A stretch of DNA of 38,364 nucleotides from a virus (lineage: Duplodnaviria > Caudoviricetes). Below the pieces are notes generated by a model that had not been told where the DNA came from, ran no database searches, and worked only from the letters and a program-made list of their open reading frames with translations. Of this stretch, positions 25,417 to 33,757 are shown one piece after another (the first letter of the stretch is position 1; each line of letters starts with the position of its first letter). The stretch lies in IMG/VR virus record IMGVR_UViG_3300019874_000015, positions 1-38,364 of that record, one strand, 5' to 3'. The position numbers and the translations under genes are program-made.

Positions 25417-25976
25417 TCAGTTTGTCCACCGCCATGTCCATAACTGGCGCAGCTTTCTTTTTCTTATCTTGCATTGGTTTTTTCTTATGCATCGAATTCC
25501 TCTGTTACACAGTATTTTCTTGAAGATATCATTATTTGAAAATTCATGTCCACATTGTGGACAAATATGTTTCTTCTTTTTTGAGGATGGTTGAGATTTC
25601 TCCTCAATATTTGGCATATCGATACCTAGATCCGTATCTTTGAATCCCCATTGGAAAAGATCATCATCTTGAAATTCGTTTGCCAGGATATCATAGTCGA
25701 ATTCTCCATGCACACGGTTGAGGCGAATCATGAGTTCCTCAGCTTCCTTTTCGCTTAATTCCCTATCAGGTGGGCCTTCATCTTGGCCAGGATGGCCAAT
25801 CTTTGATGGCCTCCTATGATCTTACCATCTGGATTGATGATCGGTTTGTCGATGACGCCAAAGCGTTCCATGGATGATTGAAGATGTTCAGCATCATGCT
25901 TGGACAGTTTCCGAGGATTCTTATGGTGTGGGGTGAGTTCTTCGATTGGACGAGTCTCCAACTTCCAATTAATCAT
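25417..25976 (-). pseudogene. ParB/Srx-like nuclease-domain gene split by a frameshift near 25770
   Basis: N-half NPRK...FG..PIIN....IIGGHQRL stops at 25755; another frame carries PDRELSEKEAEELMIRLN..GEFDYDILAN...CPQCGHEF. Confidence 0.75.
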
Positions 25977-26187
25977 TTTCTGCAGATTTTCTATTAAAGT
26001 GTTTTTTTATCCAGATATGACACATAGATTCAGAATCAAACTCTCTTATTTCGTGTTGTTTCCCATTTATTACTGCAATAACTAACCATCTATGAACCCA
26101 ATTAGGTCCACTATCATGAACAAAAATATATTCTACCTTTGAAAGGACGATATATCCATTATTTTTGTCTTTGATTAGCTCGATCAT
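25969..26187 (-). CDS. hypothetical protein
   Basis: Overlap-coupled to both neighbours. Confidence 0.7.
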   Translation of the reverse strand: MIELIKDKNNGYIVLSKVEYIFVHDSGPNWVHRWLVIAVINGKQHEIREFDSESMCHIWIKKHFNRKSAEND

Positions 26188-26396
26188 TCCTCAGAAACCC
26201 TCATCTCAGTCGACACCCCTGAACAAGCATCGATCATCATCTCAAATTGCTTCTGCGAAGCCTGTACCTTCTTGATGGCCCTAATGTTTTTCTTCAGATT
26301 CTTCGCCTTCAAATTAATACTTGATAGTTGATTTTCATAGGAAAGCAGCAGGTCGTTAATATCGAATATTCCTGGTGTTGGCTGGATGTCGTTCAT
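26184..26396 (-). CDS. hypothetical coiled-coil protein
   Basis: SD AAAGGA; first gene of the leftward packaging operon. Confidence 0.7.
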   Translation of the reverse strand: MNDIQPTPGIFDINDLLLSYENQLSSINLKAKNLKKNIRAIKKVQASQKQFEMMIDACSGVSTEMRVSEE

Positions 26397-26505
26397 TTCT
26401 ATTCCTTTAGTGATTATAAATGGAGAGTAAATGTAGGAGAATGGTGATTAAAATAGCAATCACATATTTTTAAGTGACAAATAATTACTTTAAAGCAGCA
26501 TGATG

Positions 26506-26535
26506 TTGACAATTGACAAGGAAATATGTTATGTT
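26506..26535 (+). promoter_or_regulatory. rightward sigma70-type promoter
   Basis: TTGACA-18 nt-TATGTT with TGn; same layout as 30622-30651. Confidence 0.55.
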
Positions 26536-26557
26536 AATGGATACAATTGAGGGAGAT

Positions 26558-26776
26558 ATGAAAAATACTCAACCACATCCACGAGCCTCTCTTTTGATCT
26601 CAGAATGCCTGGTACTCAATAATGTAGAAGCTCCTAATGCCTTAGTTGCTCTTGCAGAGCTATATGCCGCAATCTGCTGCACGATGGGGATGAGTCCAGA
26701 TCAATACAAGGAGTCTCTTGATGTTGCATATGAGGTACATAAGGGAATGTGGAAGTTAAAGGAGAAGATGAAATGA
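26558..26776 (+). CDS. hypothetical protein
   Basis: ATG at 26558 with SD GAGGGAG. Confidence 0.7.
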   Translation: MKNTQPHPRASLLISECLVLNNVEAPNALVALAELYAAICCTMGMSPDQYKESLDVAYEVHKGMWKLKEKMK

Positions 26777-26934
26777 ACGAACATCTGAAGGCATTGGAAT
26801 TCTACCGTACATGTCTCACCGCATTGAGTACTGTTGGGATTGATAAGTTAGTCGTGACGATGGAAGATGGGGAGATGGAAGTGAATGTCCTTGAAGATGA
26901 GAGTTGGAGGAAGAATGACAAAAGACACTCGTGA
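26773..26934 (+). CDS. hypothetical protein
   Basis: ATGA-coupled; begins MNEHLKALEFY. Confidence 0.6.
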   Translation: MNEHLKALEFYRTCLTALSTVGIDKLVVTMEDGEMEVNVLEDESWRKNDKRHS

Positions 26935-27004
26935 TTTGTGTATTGCTGCTTCTCTTTTTATCATCTGCATCGGTATGGTAACTTTCATCTTGTTTGTGGT
27001 GTGA
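26915..27004 (+). CDS. 29-aa single-pass membrane peptide
   Basis: MTKDTRDLCIAASLFIICIGMVTFILFVV*; SD GGAGG; stop coupled to the next ATG. Confidence 0.55.
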   Translation: MTKDTRDLCIAASLFIICIGMVTFILFVV

Positions 27005-27261
27005 TGGATATGCAATTTTCCCCGGATGAAATACTGGATGCTGATGAAGTTGATGCAGATCTTAGTAAATTTATTATTCGTAACAAGGATAAAGTTGACA
27101 TCCCAAATATGATAGGGATCCTTCTCTGGAATGCTATCGAACTTGCTCTTGTATCTTCCCCTGATGGTGTGGATGGGTCTAGGTTCGTAAAGGAATTATT
27201 TGATGACCTTTTGCCAAGATTGATCGAGCTAATCAAAGACAAAAATAAAGGAAATCCATGA
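27004..27261 (+). CDS. hypothetical protein
   Basis: TGATG-coupled start MDMQFSPDE. Confidence 0.65.
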   Translation: MDMQFSPDEILDADEVDADLSKFIIRNKDKVDIPNMIGILLWNAIELALVSSPDGVDGSRFVKELFDDLLPRLIELIKDKNKGNP

Positions 27262-27374
27262 GATACATGAACTTTGACCAATGGATGAGTTGGTATGAGT
27301 CTCTTGAGGAAGGTGAGGATATCCCCAAGGACTGTCAGGAACCCACTTATTTTGAAGAGAAGGAGGATAGGTAG
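27258..27374 (+). CDS. 38-aa acidic peptide
   Basis: MRYMNFDQWMSWYESLEEGEDIPKDCQEPTYFEEKEDR*; SD AAAGGA; ATGA-coupled. Confidence 0.55.
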   Translation: MRYMNFDQWMSWYESLEEGEDIPKDCQEPTYFEEKEDR

Positions 27375-27386
27375 TATGATATGAGG

Positions 27387-27698
27387 TTAGACCCTTGATA
27401 GCCCATTCTGGGCATATTTCTGTGATTTCTGCCTGTGTTTGTCTGAAACATATCCTTTTCTCAATGCACAATCCGGAGAAAGCCACTTTATTAGACAGTC
27501 ATCTTCTTTACATGCCCAAGCATCCCATATGAGGTTTAAAAATCCTTGATCAGATCCGCAGTTGGGACATTTTAGGTTTTTTGCTGGAATAGGTTGTGGG
27601 AGCTTAACCCTATCTTGTTTTCTGTTGTCTACGATATATGTTACAACTCTCTCTGGATCGATATCGGGGATTACAGGAACTTGACTATATTTTTTCAT
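27387..27698 (-). CDS. Zn-ribbon hypothetical protein
   Basis: CPNC...WAC....C; overlaps the end of the DnaC-like gene. Confidence 0.7.
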   Translation of the reverse strand: MKKYSQVPVIPDIDPERVVTYIVDNRKQDRVKLPQPIPAKNLKCPNCGSDQGFLNLIWDAWACKEDDCLIKWLSPDCALRKGYVSDKHRQKSQKYAQNGLSRV

Positions 27699-28257
27699 TT
27701 TGCCTCACGTCTTGACCGTTATGTAACTCTATAATGAGATTTTCTTTTGCAAACATCCTAGATGCAGATCGTGTCCCTAATTTTTCATAAATTTCTGACT
27801 TGGTGAGGTTGCTCGTTATGACTGTTGGAAGCTCAGATCGATATCTCCTATCAATCATCTCGAAAAGAACCTCCTGTCTCCATTCATTGACTCCACTGCT
27901 CCCTATGTCGTCGAACATAATGAACTGATCATCAAGGATATAATCCATCTCTTTTAAGTAGTCCCCTTTTTCTCCAGAAATGACAGCTCTTAACCGAGAC
28001 AAAAAGTCACGCTCATTCCAATATCTAAAACTGTTCACCTTCCCATATACCCATTCGATAAGAGCGGCACAAAAGTAAGTCTTCCCTATTCCTGGAGATC
28101 CGAGGTACACGAGGAAGTTTTTACCGGTTTTGAGCCAGTGAAGTATTTGTTGGTTGTTTTCAAAAGCGATCCTAGAGAGTGTTGCTCCTCTGTATCTAGA
28201 ACCAATGTACTGACTTTGGATTTGTTCGATGGTTGATCGTTCTCTTTCTGTTTGCAT
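27685..28257 (-). CDS. DnaC/IstB-like AAA+ helicase loader
   Basis: GSPGIGKT, MFDDIG, IDRRY, PTVITSNL, R.ASRM, GQDVR. Confidence 0.9.
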   Translation of the reverse strand: MQTERERSTIEQIQSQYIGSRYRGATLSRIAFENNQQILHWLKTGKNFLVYLGSPGIGKTYFCAALIEWVYGKVNSFRYWNERDFLSRLRAVISGEKGDYLKEMDYILDDQFIMFDDIGSSGVNEWRQEVLFEMIDRRYRSELPTVITSNLTKSEIYEKLGTRSASRMFAKENLIIELHNGQDVRQNEKI

Positions 28258-28994
28258 TTTTCATTCCCTTTTTTTGCTAGGTACTTTGACTTCTCTTTAT
28301 TTCTCAAGTTTTTGATAGTTCCCTCGAAGAAGGCAATCGGATCTCTAATCTCTCCTTCATAGGAAACGAGAATATTCCACGATTCATGTATTTCTTGGGC
28401 AGTCCAAGACATACATGAATCGTGGAATAGACTAAAGATTTCTTGGAGTGAGACCTCAACAGATCCACCTCCAGGGCATCTCTTCTTTAACTTTTGAGGA
28501 ACTTTAGGATCTGTGGAATCCGACCCGACAGGGGGAGGATAACAGACATGTTCTTCCTTAGGGTTCTTATATATAGAGGCATCGTGGGGGACAGTTTGTA
28601 CTAATTCGCTATCCTTGTTTGGCGTCTGCGTACAACCTTGTTTGGCGTTTTCGTCTATCTTGTTTGTACAATTCAGCCATTCTGTAATATTTTCTTTAAA
28701 AACACGGAAGTGCCTTTTGGCTGGCATCCCCATTTGTTTCGTTTCAATAAATTTTAACTCTATAAGCTTGTCTATAGCGGTATCCTGTTGTCGACGAGAT
28801 AGGGTAGTTCTCTCTTCCACGGCATCAATTGTCAGATAAAACCAGCCCTTCACGATTTGATCTTTTTTCTCGAAATAGCAATATTTATCGATAACTTCGC
28901 TGAGGAAGATTGCCGCTTCGAGACCGATTCGTCGAGCAATTTCTCGATTGAAAGTGTGATAGTTGTTGGCGTTAAGAATGGTGAAAAGATTCAC
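28086..28994 (-). CDS. replication initiator protein (N-terminal winged helix)
   Basis: IARRIGLEAAIFLSE...GWFYLT....EERTTLSRRQQ..AI.KL....IE....GMPAKRHF; upstream of the DnaC-like gene; SD AGGAG before GTG. Confidence 0.8.
   Translation of the reverse strand: MNLFTILNANNYHTFNREIARRIGLEAAIFLSEVIDKYCYFEKKDQIVKGWFYLTIDAVEERTTLSRRQQDTAIDKLIELKFIETKQMGMPAKRHFRVFKENITEWLNCTNKIDENAKQGCTQTPNKDSELVQTVPHDASIYKNPKEEHVCYPPPVGSDSTDPKVPQKLKKRCPGGGSVEVSLQEIFSLFHDSCMSWTAQEIHESWNILVSYEGEIRDPIAFFEGTIKNLRNKEKSKYLAKKGNEKCKQKENDQPSNKSKVSTLVLDTEEQHSLGSLLKTTNKYFTGSKPVKTSSCTSDLQE
28591..28670. repeat. iteron-like repeats inside the initiator gene (candidate origin)
   Basis: GTTTG cores at 28594, 28617, 28640, 28662 (spacing 23/23/22); CCTTGTTTGGCGT occurs exactly twice. 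Confidence 0.55.
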
Positions 28995-29034
28995 GAGGTT
29001 CTCCTATGTTTTGGAAAACCCCTAAAGAAAAGAC

Positions 29035-29160
29035 TTGAAGCACGTCAACTTTTTACTTAGGATGGTGTTTAATTTACCATTCTACGTAGAATGACTGACC
29101 TTTCAGCCAAGAAAGGTTAGTGACAATGCCTCTGGCTCTTCTCCAGAGGTTTTGTTTTTT
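29035..29160 (+). ncRNA. candidate antisense RNA unit (promoter, hairpins, terminator) opposite the initiator leader
   Basis: TTGAAG-17-TAGGAT; palindrome 29078-29093; hairpin 29094-29121; terminator GCCTCTGG/CCAGAGGT plus T tract. Confidence 0.6.
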
Positions 29161-29200
29161 GTAAATACAACCTACTCTGTATGAATAATTTTATCCAGAA

Positions 29201-29590
29201 CTAAACCCTTTTCAACCTTCCATCCACGACTTTCACATTCCTGAAGTCCTTGATATCCAGTATGTACATGCTTCCATGTCTTTTGAATGGGACGTAGTTC
29301 CTGGCCAGCATGTAATATATCTTCATCGGATGTACCCCCATCAGGTTGGCAATCTGACGAGGGCTGTAAAGCCCCTTCTTCTTGTCGTAGATCAATTCCC
29401 CGTTGTGAGTCGACTCTTCCCTTGAGTAAAGGGTGTGGTTGTATTCTTGAAGGGATTTGATGGGTATTCTCCATCCTGCCCCTTCCCTCATGGCCTTCAA
29501 CCTCCCCTTCCTGATGGCAAAATATATTGTCTGAGTCTCTACCTTGTACATATCTGCCGCTTCCTTCACCGTTAACATCTCCTTATCCAT
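29201..29590 (-). CDS. tandem excisionase-like (HTH_17) DNA-binding protein
   Basis: MLTVKEAA....TIY.AIRKGRLKA...WRI and YSPRQIANLMGVHPMKIYYML; SD AGGAGG. Confidence 0.85.
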   Translation of the reverse strand: MDKEMLTVKEAADMYKVETQTIYFAIRKGRLKAMREGAGWRIPIKSLQEYNHTLYSREESTHNGELIYDKKKGLYSPRQIANLMGVHPMKIYYMLARNYVPFKRHGSMYILDIKDFRNVKVVDGRLKRV

Positions 29591-29641
29591 GTAACCTCCT
29601 GTTGTAGCGGGAGATATGATAGTATAGTGAAATGTTTTCTG

Positions 29642-29830
29642 TCAAAAGTATCGTCTAAGGTTGTCATCGGACATCTCCACCCAGACACACCCACATGACT
29701 GACACTCAATGACATCCTTGTAAATGACGCAAAATCTTTTTGAAATAAACTTCATTTTGCAGGATGGGCAAGAGTGGTAGGTTTTGATGTTGGGACGATT
29801 AAGTCTGAGAGTTTTTGAGGATACCTTCAT
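29642..29830 (-). CDS. small Zn-ribbon protein
   Basis: CPSC...CQSC. Confidence 0.6.
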   Translation of the reverse strand: MKVSSKTLRLNRPNIKTYHSCPSCKMKFISKRFCVIYKDVIECQSCGCVWVEMSDDNLRRYF

Positions 29831-29896
29831 AGAATCCTACAAGGTGTAGAAATTAATTGAAGGCGCATGATATCAAGGCCTTAGATTTTAAGTGAG

Positions 29897-30319
29897 TTGA
29901 AAAATATGACAACTGAAAGTTCGCTCTTAGCTTTCATCACTATCCCTGGACCTCCTGTAACTTGGAAATCTCATGGAGGGTCTGGGAGACGCTCTTTCAA
30001 CCCTAGATGGAGAGAGAAGGAGTACTTTCAGGCAAAGATCAAGGAGCAATACTCAGGGAATCTGCTCGAAGAGCAGATAGCCGGGGAGTTCATTTTCTTC
30101 ATCCCAATCCCTCAGTCGGTCTCAAAACGTAACCGACTAAAAATGATCTCTGGGGAGACGAGGCCAAAGAAGAGAGGGGATAGAAGTAATATGTTGAAGT
30201 TCACAGAGGATTGCCTGATAGGCATTGTGGTTAAAGATGATAGCATTTTTGTTGACGGGCCAGTGAGGAAGTTTTACGATGAAAATCCTAGAACTGTCAT
30301 AAAGATATGGACGGTATGA
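29897..30319 (+). CDS. rusA: RusA-family Holliday junction resolvase
   Basis: IPGPP, F.IPIPQS.SK, KKRGDRSNMLKFTEDCLIGIVVKDDS, KFYDENPRT.I.I. Confidence 0.88.
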   Translation: MKNMTTESSLLAFITIPGPPVTWKSHGGSGRRSFNPRWREKEYFQAKIKEQYSGNLLEEQIAGEFIFFIPIPQSVSKRNRLKMISGETRPKKRGDRSNMLKFTEDCLIGIVVKDDSIFVDGPVRKFYDENPRTVIKIWTV

Positions 30320-30414
30320 TCTACGCATATATTTTTGTTTTTATACTTTTAGTCGTCGGAGCTATTGGATTTCTATACCAAATGACGAAATCAGACAGGG
30401 ATAAGTTTTCCTAA
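30316..30414 (+). CDS. 32-aa single-pass membrane peptide
   Basis: MIYAYIFVFILLVVGAIGFLYQMTKSDRDKFS*; ATGA-coupled to rusA. Confidence 0.5.
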   Translation: MIYAYIFVFILLVVGAIGFLYQMTKSDRDKFS

Positions 30415-30599
30415 TCTCTCAAGTCATCAAACTTCTTTACCTTGTTGAAGGTGAACTGCTTAACTGCATCGAGAGTTCTTTTGGAAGGAATACGAGATCC
30501 ATTCATCCAGCAATGAATGTAGGTTCGATCATATCCTAAAAGATCAGAGAAGTCTCTAATTGTCAGTCTCTTACGATACAACCATTCCCTAAGCTTCAT
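30411..30599 (-). CDS. Cro/XRE-like HTH regulator
   Basis: MKLREWL...LTIRDFSDLLGYDRTYIHCWMNGSRIPS; sits at a divergent promoter region. Confidence 0.85.
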   Translation of the reverse strand: MKLREWLYRKRLTIRDFSDLLGYDRTYIHCWMNGSRIPSKRTLDAVKQFTFNKVKKFDDLRD

Positions 30600-30621
30600 T
30601 TTGAATATTTCCTACAAAGTG

Positions 30622-30651
30622 TTGACATATTTTCATAGGATAAAGTATGTT
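30622..30651 (+). promoter_or_regulatory. rightward early promoter
   Basis: TTGACA-18 nt-TATGTT. Confidence 0.6.
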
Positions 30652-30676
30652 AGTTTTGATTTCAACAGGGAATCGT

Positions 30677-30811
30677 GTGGAGCATAAATACACAATGATC
30701 ATTTTTGGGACCATCCTATTTTTCATCATCATTTGGTTATCAATACAGCACTTTCACAGCATGAAATCATTGGAAATTAAGATTTTAGAAATCCAACAAA
30801 CACAACTTTAA
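30677..30811 (+). CDS. 44-aa single-pass membrane peptide
   Basis: MEHKYTMIIFGTILFFIIIWLSIQHFH...QTQL*; first ORF after the promoter; start could instead be ATG 30695. Confidence 0.5.
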   Translation: MEHKYTMIIFGTILFFIIIWLSIQHFHSMKSLEIKILEIQQTQL

Positions 30812-30821
30812 AGGAGAATAT

Positions 30822-31574
30822 ATGTCATTTTTACCTAAAGACTACGAATCGCCTAAAAGCTCAACGGGATACATGAAGATCCAAGATGGGGAGAATAGGA
30901 TCAGGATACTATCAGCGGCAATATTGGGTTGGGAGGACTGGAAGGACAAGAAACCTATCAGGTATAGGATGATGAACAAGCCAGACAAATCTATAGACCC
31001 TGAAAAACCATTGAGGCACTTTTGGGCGATGATTGTCTGGGACTACTCTGAACAGAAGATCAAAATCTTAGAGATCACGCAGGCAAGTATTCGCAAGCGA
31101 ATCGAGGCACTGAGCCGTGATAGTGATTGGGGATCTCCATACACCTATGACATCAAGATAGTAAAGACAGGACAGAAGGTTGATACAGAATACACAATCA
31201 ACCCAGTAAGTCATAAAGAACTAGACCCAGGTATCAAGGCAGCATTTTTAGAGCTTCCCATTGATTTGGAAGAGTTGTTCAGGAACGGAGACCCATATGC
31301 AGGATCTGGAAGATCACTAGGGTTTTGGGAGCTTCCATCACATACTGCAGTTGAAGAACCTAACCTTGAACTCATCACAAAAGATCAAGTTGCTATCATT
31401 GAATCCAACATCGCCAAACACATCCACCCACTTGACCCACACTGGAGACAGGCATCATTGAAGGCATTGAAGATCACTAGTTTTGAGAGACTTGAGAAGA
31501 GACTGTTTGATCTCATGATGAAGAGACTGGAAGACAAGAAAGATAAACTGGCGTCTGAAGATATTCCATTCTGA
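30822..31574 (+). CDS. single-stranded DNA-binding/annealing protein
   Basis: KIQDGENRIRIL...VWDY...KILEITQ...YDIKI.KTG...TEY phage SSB-like pattern; acidic EDIPF C-terminus; next to the exonuclease. Confidence 0.65.
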   Translation: MSFLPKDYESPKSSTGYMKIQDGENRIRILSAAILGWEDWKDKKPIRYRMMNKPDKSIDPEKPLRHFWAMIVWDYSEQKIKILEITQASIRKRIEALSRDSDWGSPYTYDIKIVKTGQKVDTEYTINPVSHKELDPGIKAAFLELPIDLEELFRNGDPYAGSGRSLGFWELPSHTAVEEPNLELITKDQVAIIESNIAKHIHPLDPHWRQASLKALKITSFERLEKRLFDLMMKRLEDKKDKLASEDIPF

Positions 31575-31578
31575 TCTT

Positions 31579-31677
31579 AAAAACAAAAAACCCCAGTTGA
31601 TGCGACTAGGGTACAACTCGAGGAAAACAATGATGAAGAGCTACACACCACCATATCAGATCGTTCATTTAGTTCAA
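31579..31677 (-). ncRNA. candidate antisense RNA unit covering the exonuclease RBS and start codon
   Basis: TTGAAC-16-TATGGT (TGn) at 31677-31650; terminator ACCCTAGTCG-CAT-CAACTGGGGT plus T tract at 31612-31579. Confidence 0.5.
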
Positions 31678-32535
31678 AGATCCGAACCATGGTACTCCTT
31701 TAGAAAAGGGAAGATAGGAGCAAGCGACATTCCCGCCATCATGAACACCTCCCCATTTGAGACAAGATTGCAATGCTGGGAGAGGATGATCTTTGATAAG
31801 CAGAAGGAAGTTACCCCGAGCATGCAGCGCGGAATTGATGGGGAGTCCGAAGCATTAGCATGGGTAAATGACTATCTTTCTAAAGACTCTCCAATCTTTC
31901 ATCCAGCTGTACTGCAATCCATCAAATACCCATGGATGATCGCTTCCCTTGATGGGATGCGGCATATGTTGGGCACTGATCATGAGATAGAAATACTGGA
32001 GATCAAGGTTCCGTCAAGACAAGTTCACATGTTTTGCAAGGAAATGAGATCCCCTCCAATCAGATATATACCTCAGATGCAGTTCCAAATGTATATCTCA
32101 GGGGTTGAGAGGATGCTGTATGTCTCATCATTTGATGGGGATATCATATCTGTAGTCTTGGAGAGAGATAAAACCTACATAAATTTGATGATTCCCCAAA
32201 TTTTAGCGTTTAGAGACTGTCTGGTGAACTTTCGTCCTCCAGAGGCTTCTGATAGGGATAAGGTCGTGATAGACGATCCTGAGTTAGGTTTGGCGGCCGA
32301 AAGATATCTAGAGCTTGATCGGTTGATCACTGAGCTGAGTAATGAGAGGGATGATATCAGAACTCGGCTCATCAGCAATGTTGGACATCCTCGGGCCATC
32401 ATCGGCCCCCTCAGCATCACAAAAGTGATCCGTCCCGGATCTGTTCAATATGCTGATATCCCTGAACTTCAAGGGGTAAATCTGCTACAATATAGAAAGA
32501 AACCAATTGAAAGCTGGCGAATTAGTTATGAATAA
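31630..32535 (+). CDS. YqaJ/lambda-exonuclease family recombination nuclease
   Basis: QRSEPWY.FR...IGASD, M.RG...E, ASLDG, LEIKVP, YIPQMQFQM; ATG at 31630 after GAGGA. Confidence 0.92.
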   Translation: MMKSYTPPYQIVHLVQRSEPWYSFRKGKIGASDIPAIMNTSPFETRLQCWERMIFDKQKEVTPSMQRGIDGESEALAWVNDYLSKDSPIFHPAVLQSIKYPWMIASLDGMRHMLGTDHEIEILEIKVPSRQVHMFCKEMRSPPIRYIPQMQFQMYISGVERMLYVSSFDGDIISVVLERDKTYINLMIPQILAFRDCLVNFRPPEASDRDKVVIDDPELGLAAERYLELDRLITELSNERDDIRTRLISNVGHPRAIIGPLSITKVIRPGSVQYADIPELQGVNLLQYRKKPIESWRISYE

Positions 32536-32755
32536 ATTGAAAGATCAAGAATTTGTTCAAATTCATTATTCTGAAGATAGAGATCTTTGTACATATCCCA
32601 AAGGGTATAGGTTTGAGCATGTGAGAATTCTTGAGGATCAAGTTGGGAATTTTTGGATTCATGGAGTTGGTTATCTTGGGTGTCACGCCTGGGTGAAGTT
32701 AAATGTCTATCAAAAATCTTGGATAGAAATACAACTACTGAAAATAAATGGTTAA
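32528..32755 (+). CDS. hypothetical protein
   Basis: Overlap-coupled ORF beginning MNKLKDQ. Confidence 0.6.
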   Translation: MNKLKDQEFVQIHYSEDRDLCTYPKGYRFEHVRILEDQVGNFWIHGVGYLGCHAWVKLNVYQKSWIEIQLLKING

Positions 32756-32771
32756 ATTGGGAGTTTAGTTT

Positions 32772-33170
32772 ATGGGAGTCGGATTTCATGTTGACGGGCA
32801 TGAATGTAAAGCATCATGGTCATATTTGGGATTCCATGCATTTCGCAAGCGACTAGCAAACACAATCGGAATCGATTTGGAAAACATGCAGGGATTCTCG
32901 AAGAAACATCCAGACGATATCAATTATGTAAAAACTGGGATCATTCCCTGGGATAACGTACGATCGCCACTAAAATATTTGTTGGATCATTCCGATTGTG
33001 ACGGTGAAATCTCCAGTAAACAATGTGGATGGATCTGGCCAATTTTGGAAAAGATCATTGATTTATGGGAATCATCATCTCAAAATGAATATGACATACT
33101 CCAGGCAAGTAATTTAATAGTATCGATGAAGTATTGCTATGTTAATAATAAACCACTCGAATTTTTCTGA
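32772..33170 (+). CDS. hypothetical phage protein
   Basis: WSY.GFH.FR..LA and LL.HSDCDGEI motif; SD GGGAG. Confidence 0.8.
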   Translation: MGVGFHVDGHECKASWSYLGFHAFRKRLANTIGIDLENMQGFSKKHPDDINYVKTGIIPWDNVRSPLKYLLDHSDCDGEISSKQCGWIWPILEKIIDLWESSSQNEYDILQASNLIVSMKYCYVNNKPLEFF

Positions 33171-33176
33171 GGTAAA

Positions 33177-33341
33177 ATGAAATATTTGATCTTGTTAGTA
33201 ATCCTTACAAGTTGCTCCTATCAAGCAGGAGTGGCTTGGGAATGGGGTAGACACAAGTCTATCGAAGAGAATCTCACTGAGCATGATGTGAAGATGCGAA
33301 AGTTGGCTGAAGATCTGGAAGATGCCAGGTGGGGGAGATGA
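33177..33341 (+). CDS. 54-aa predicted lipoprotein
   Basis: MKYLILLVILTS-C lipobox; SD GAGG; not in the ORF track. Confidence 0.65.
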   Translation: MKYLILLVILTSCSYQAGVAWEWGRHKSIEENLTEHDVKMRKLAEDLEDARWGR

Positions 33342-33562
33342 TAAAAGATGAGTTTTGCGATATTTGCTATCCGAAATATTTTGTGGTTTACGGATTTTGT
33401 AGAAACTGTGGACGGCCCTGTGAATTTCCATTATTGGAACCCCCACTATTTCTCTACCCAGAAGCTTTCAAAGATTCGTGGGAAATCGAAAAGTCTTTAT
33501 GGAGAAATGGATGGAGAAAATGGCCATTTGATGAAGAATATGTTGAAGAGGAGAACAAATGA
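33338..33562 (+). CDS. small Cys-rich hypothetical protein
   Basis: CDIC...CRNC; ATGA-coupled. Confidence 0.6.
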   Translation: MIKDEFCDICYPKYFVVYGFCRNCGRPCEFPLLEPPLFLYPEAFKDSWEIEKSLWRNGWRKWPFDEEYVEEENK

Positions 33563-33702
33563 CCAAATTCCTAGCTCTAATTCTCTTAGGTACATCCGCA
33601 TCTCTCATGGCTGATCCAGGCATCACTATCGAGATTGACGTCTTCATCGACCAAATAGGTGGGACGCCGGGTAAAGAAACTATAGGATGGCTATGCAAGT
33701 GA
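33559..33702 (+). CDS. 47-aa protein with predicted signal peptide
   Basis: MTKFLALILLGTSASLMA-DPGITIEID...; SD GAGGAG. Confidence 0.6.
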   Translation: MTKFLALILLGTSASLMADPGITIEIDVFIDQIGGTPGKETIGWLCK

Positions 33703-33757
33703 TATTCGTGCTGATACCTAAGTTTTTTAGATGGCTGTTCTATGGGAAACCCATGAC

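Noticed and set aside
26512-26539. dif-like site (ATTGACAAGGA-AATATG-TTATGTTAATG) for XerCD-mediated integration
   Set aside because: Only the XerD-like arm matches, the XerC arm is poor, and the match coincides with a promoter -10 box in AT-rich DNA, so chance is plausible. Comparison with the host dif would settle it.
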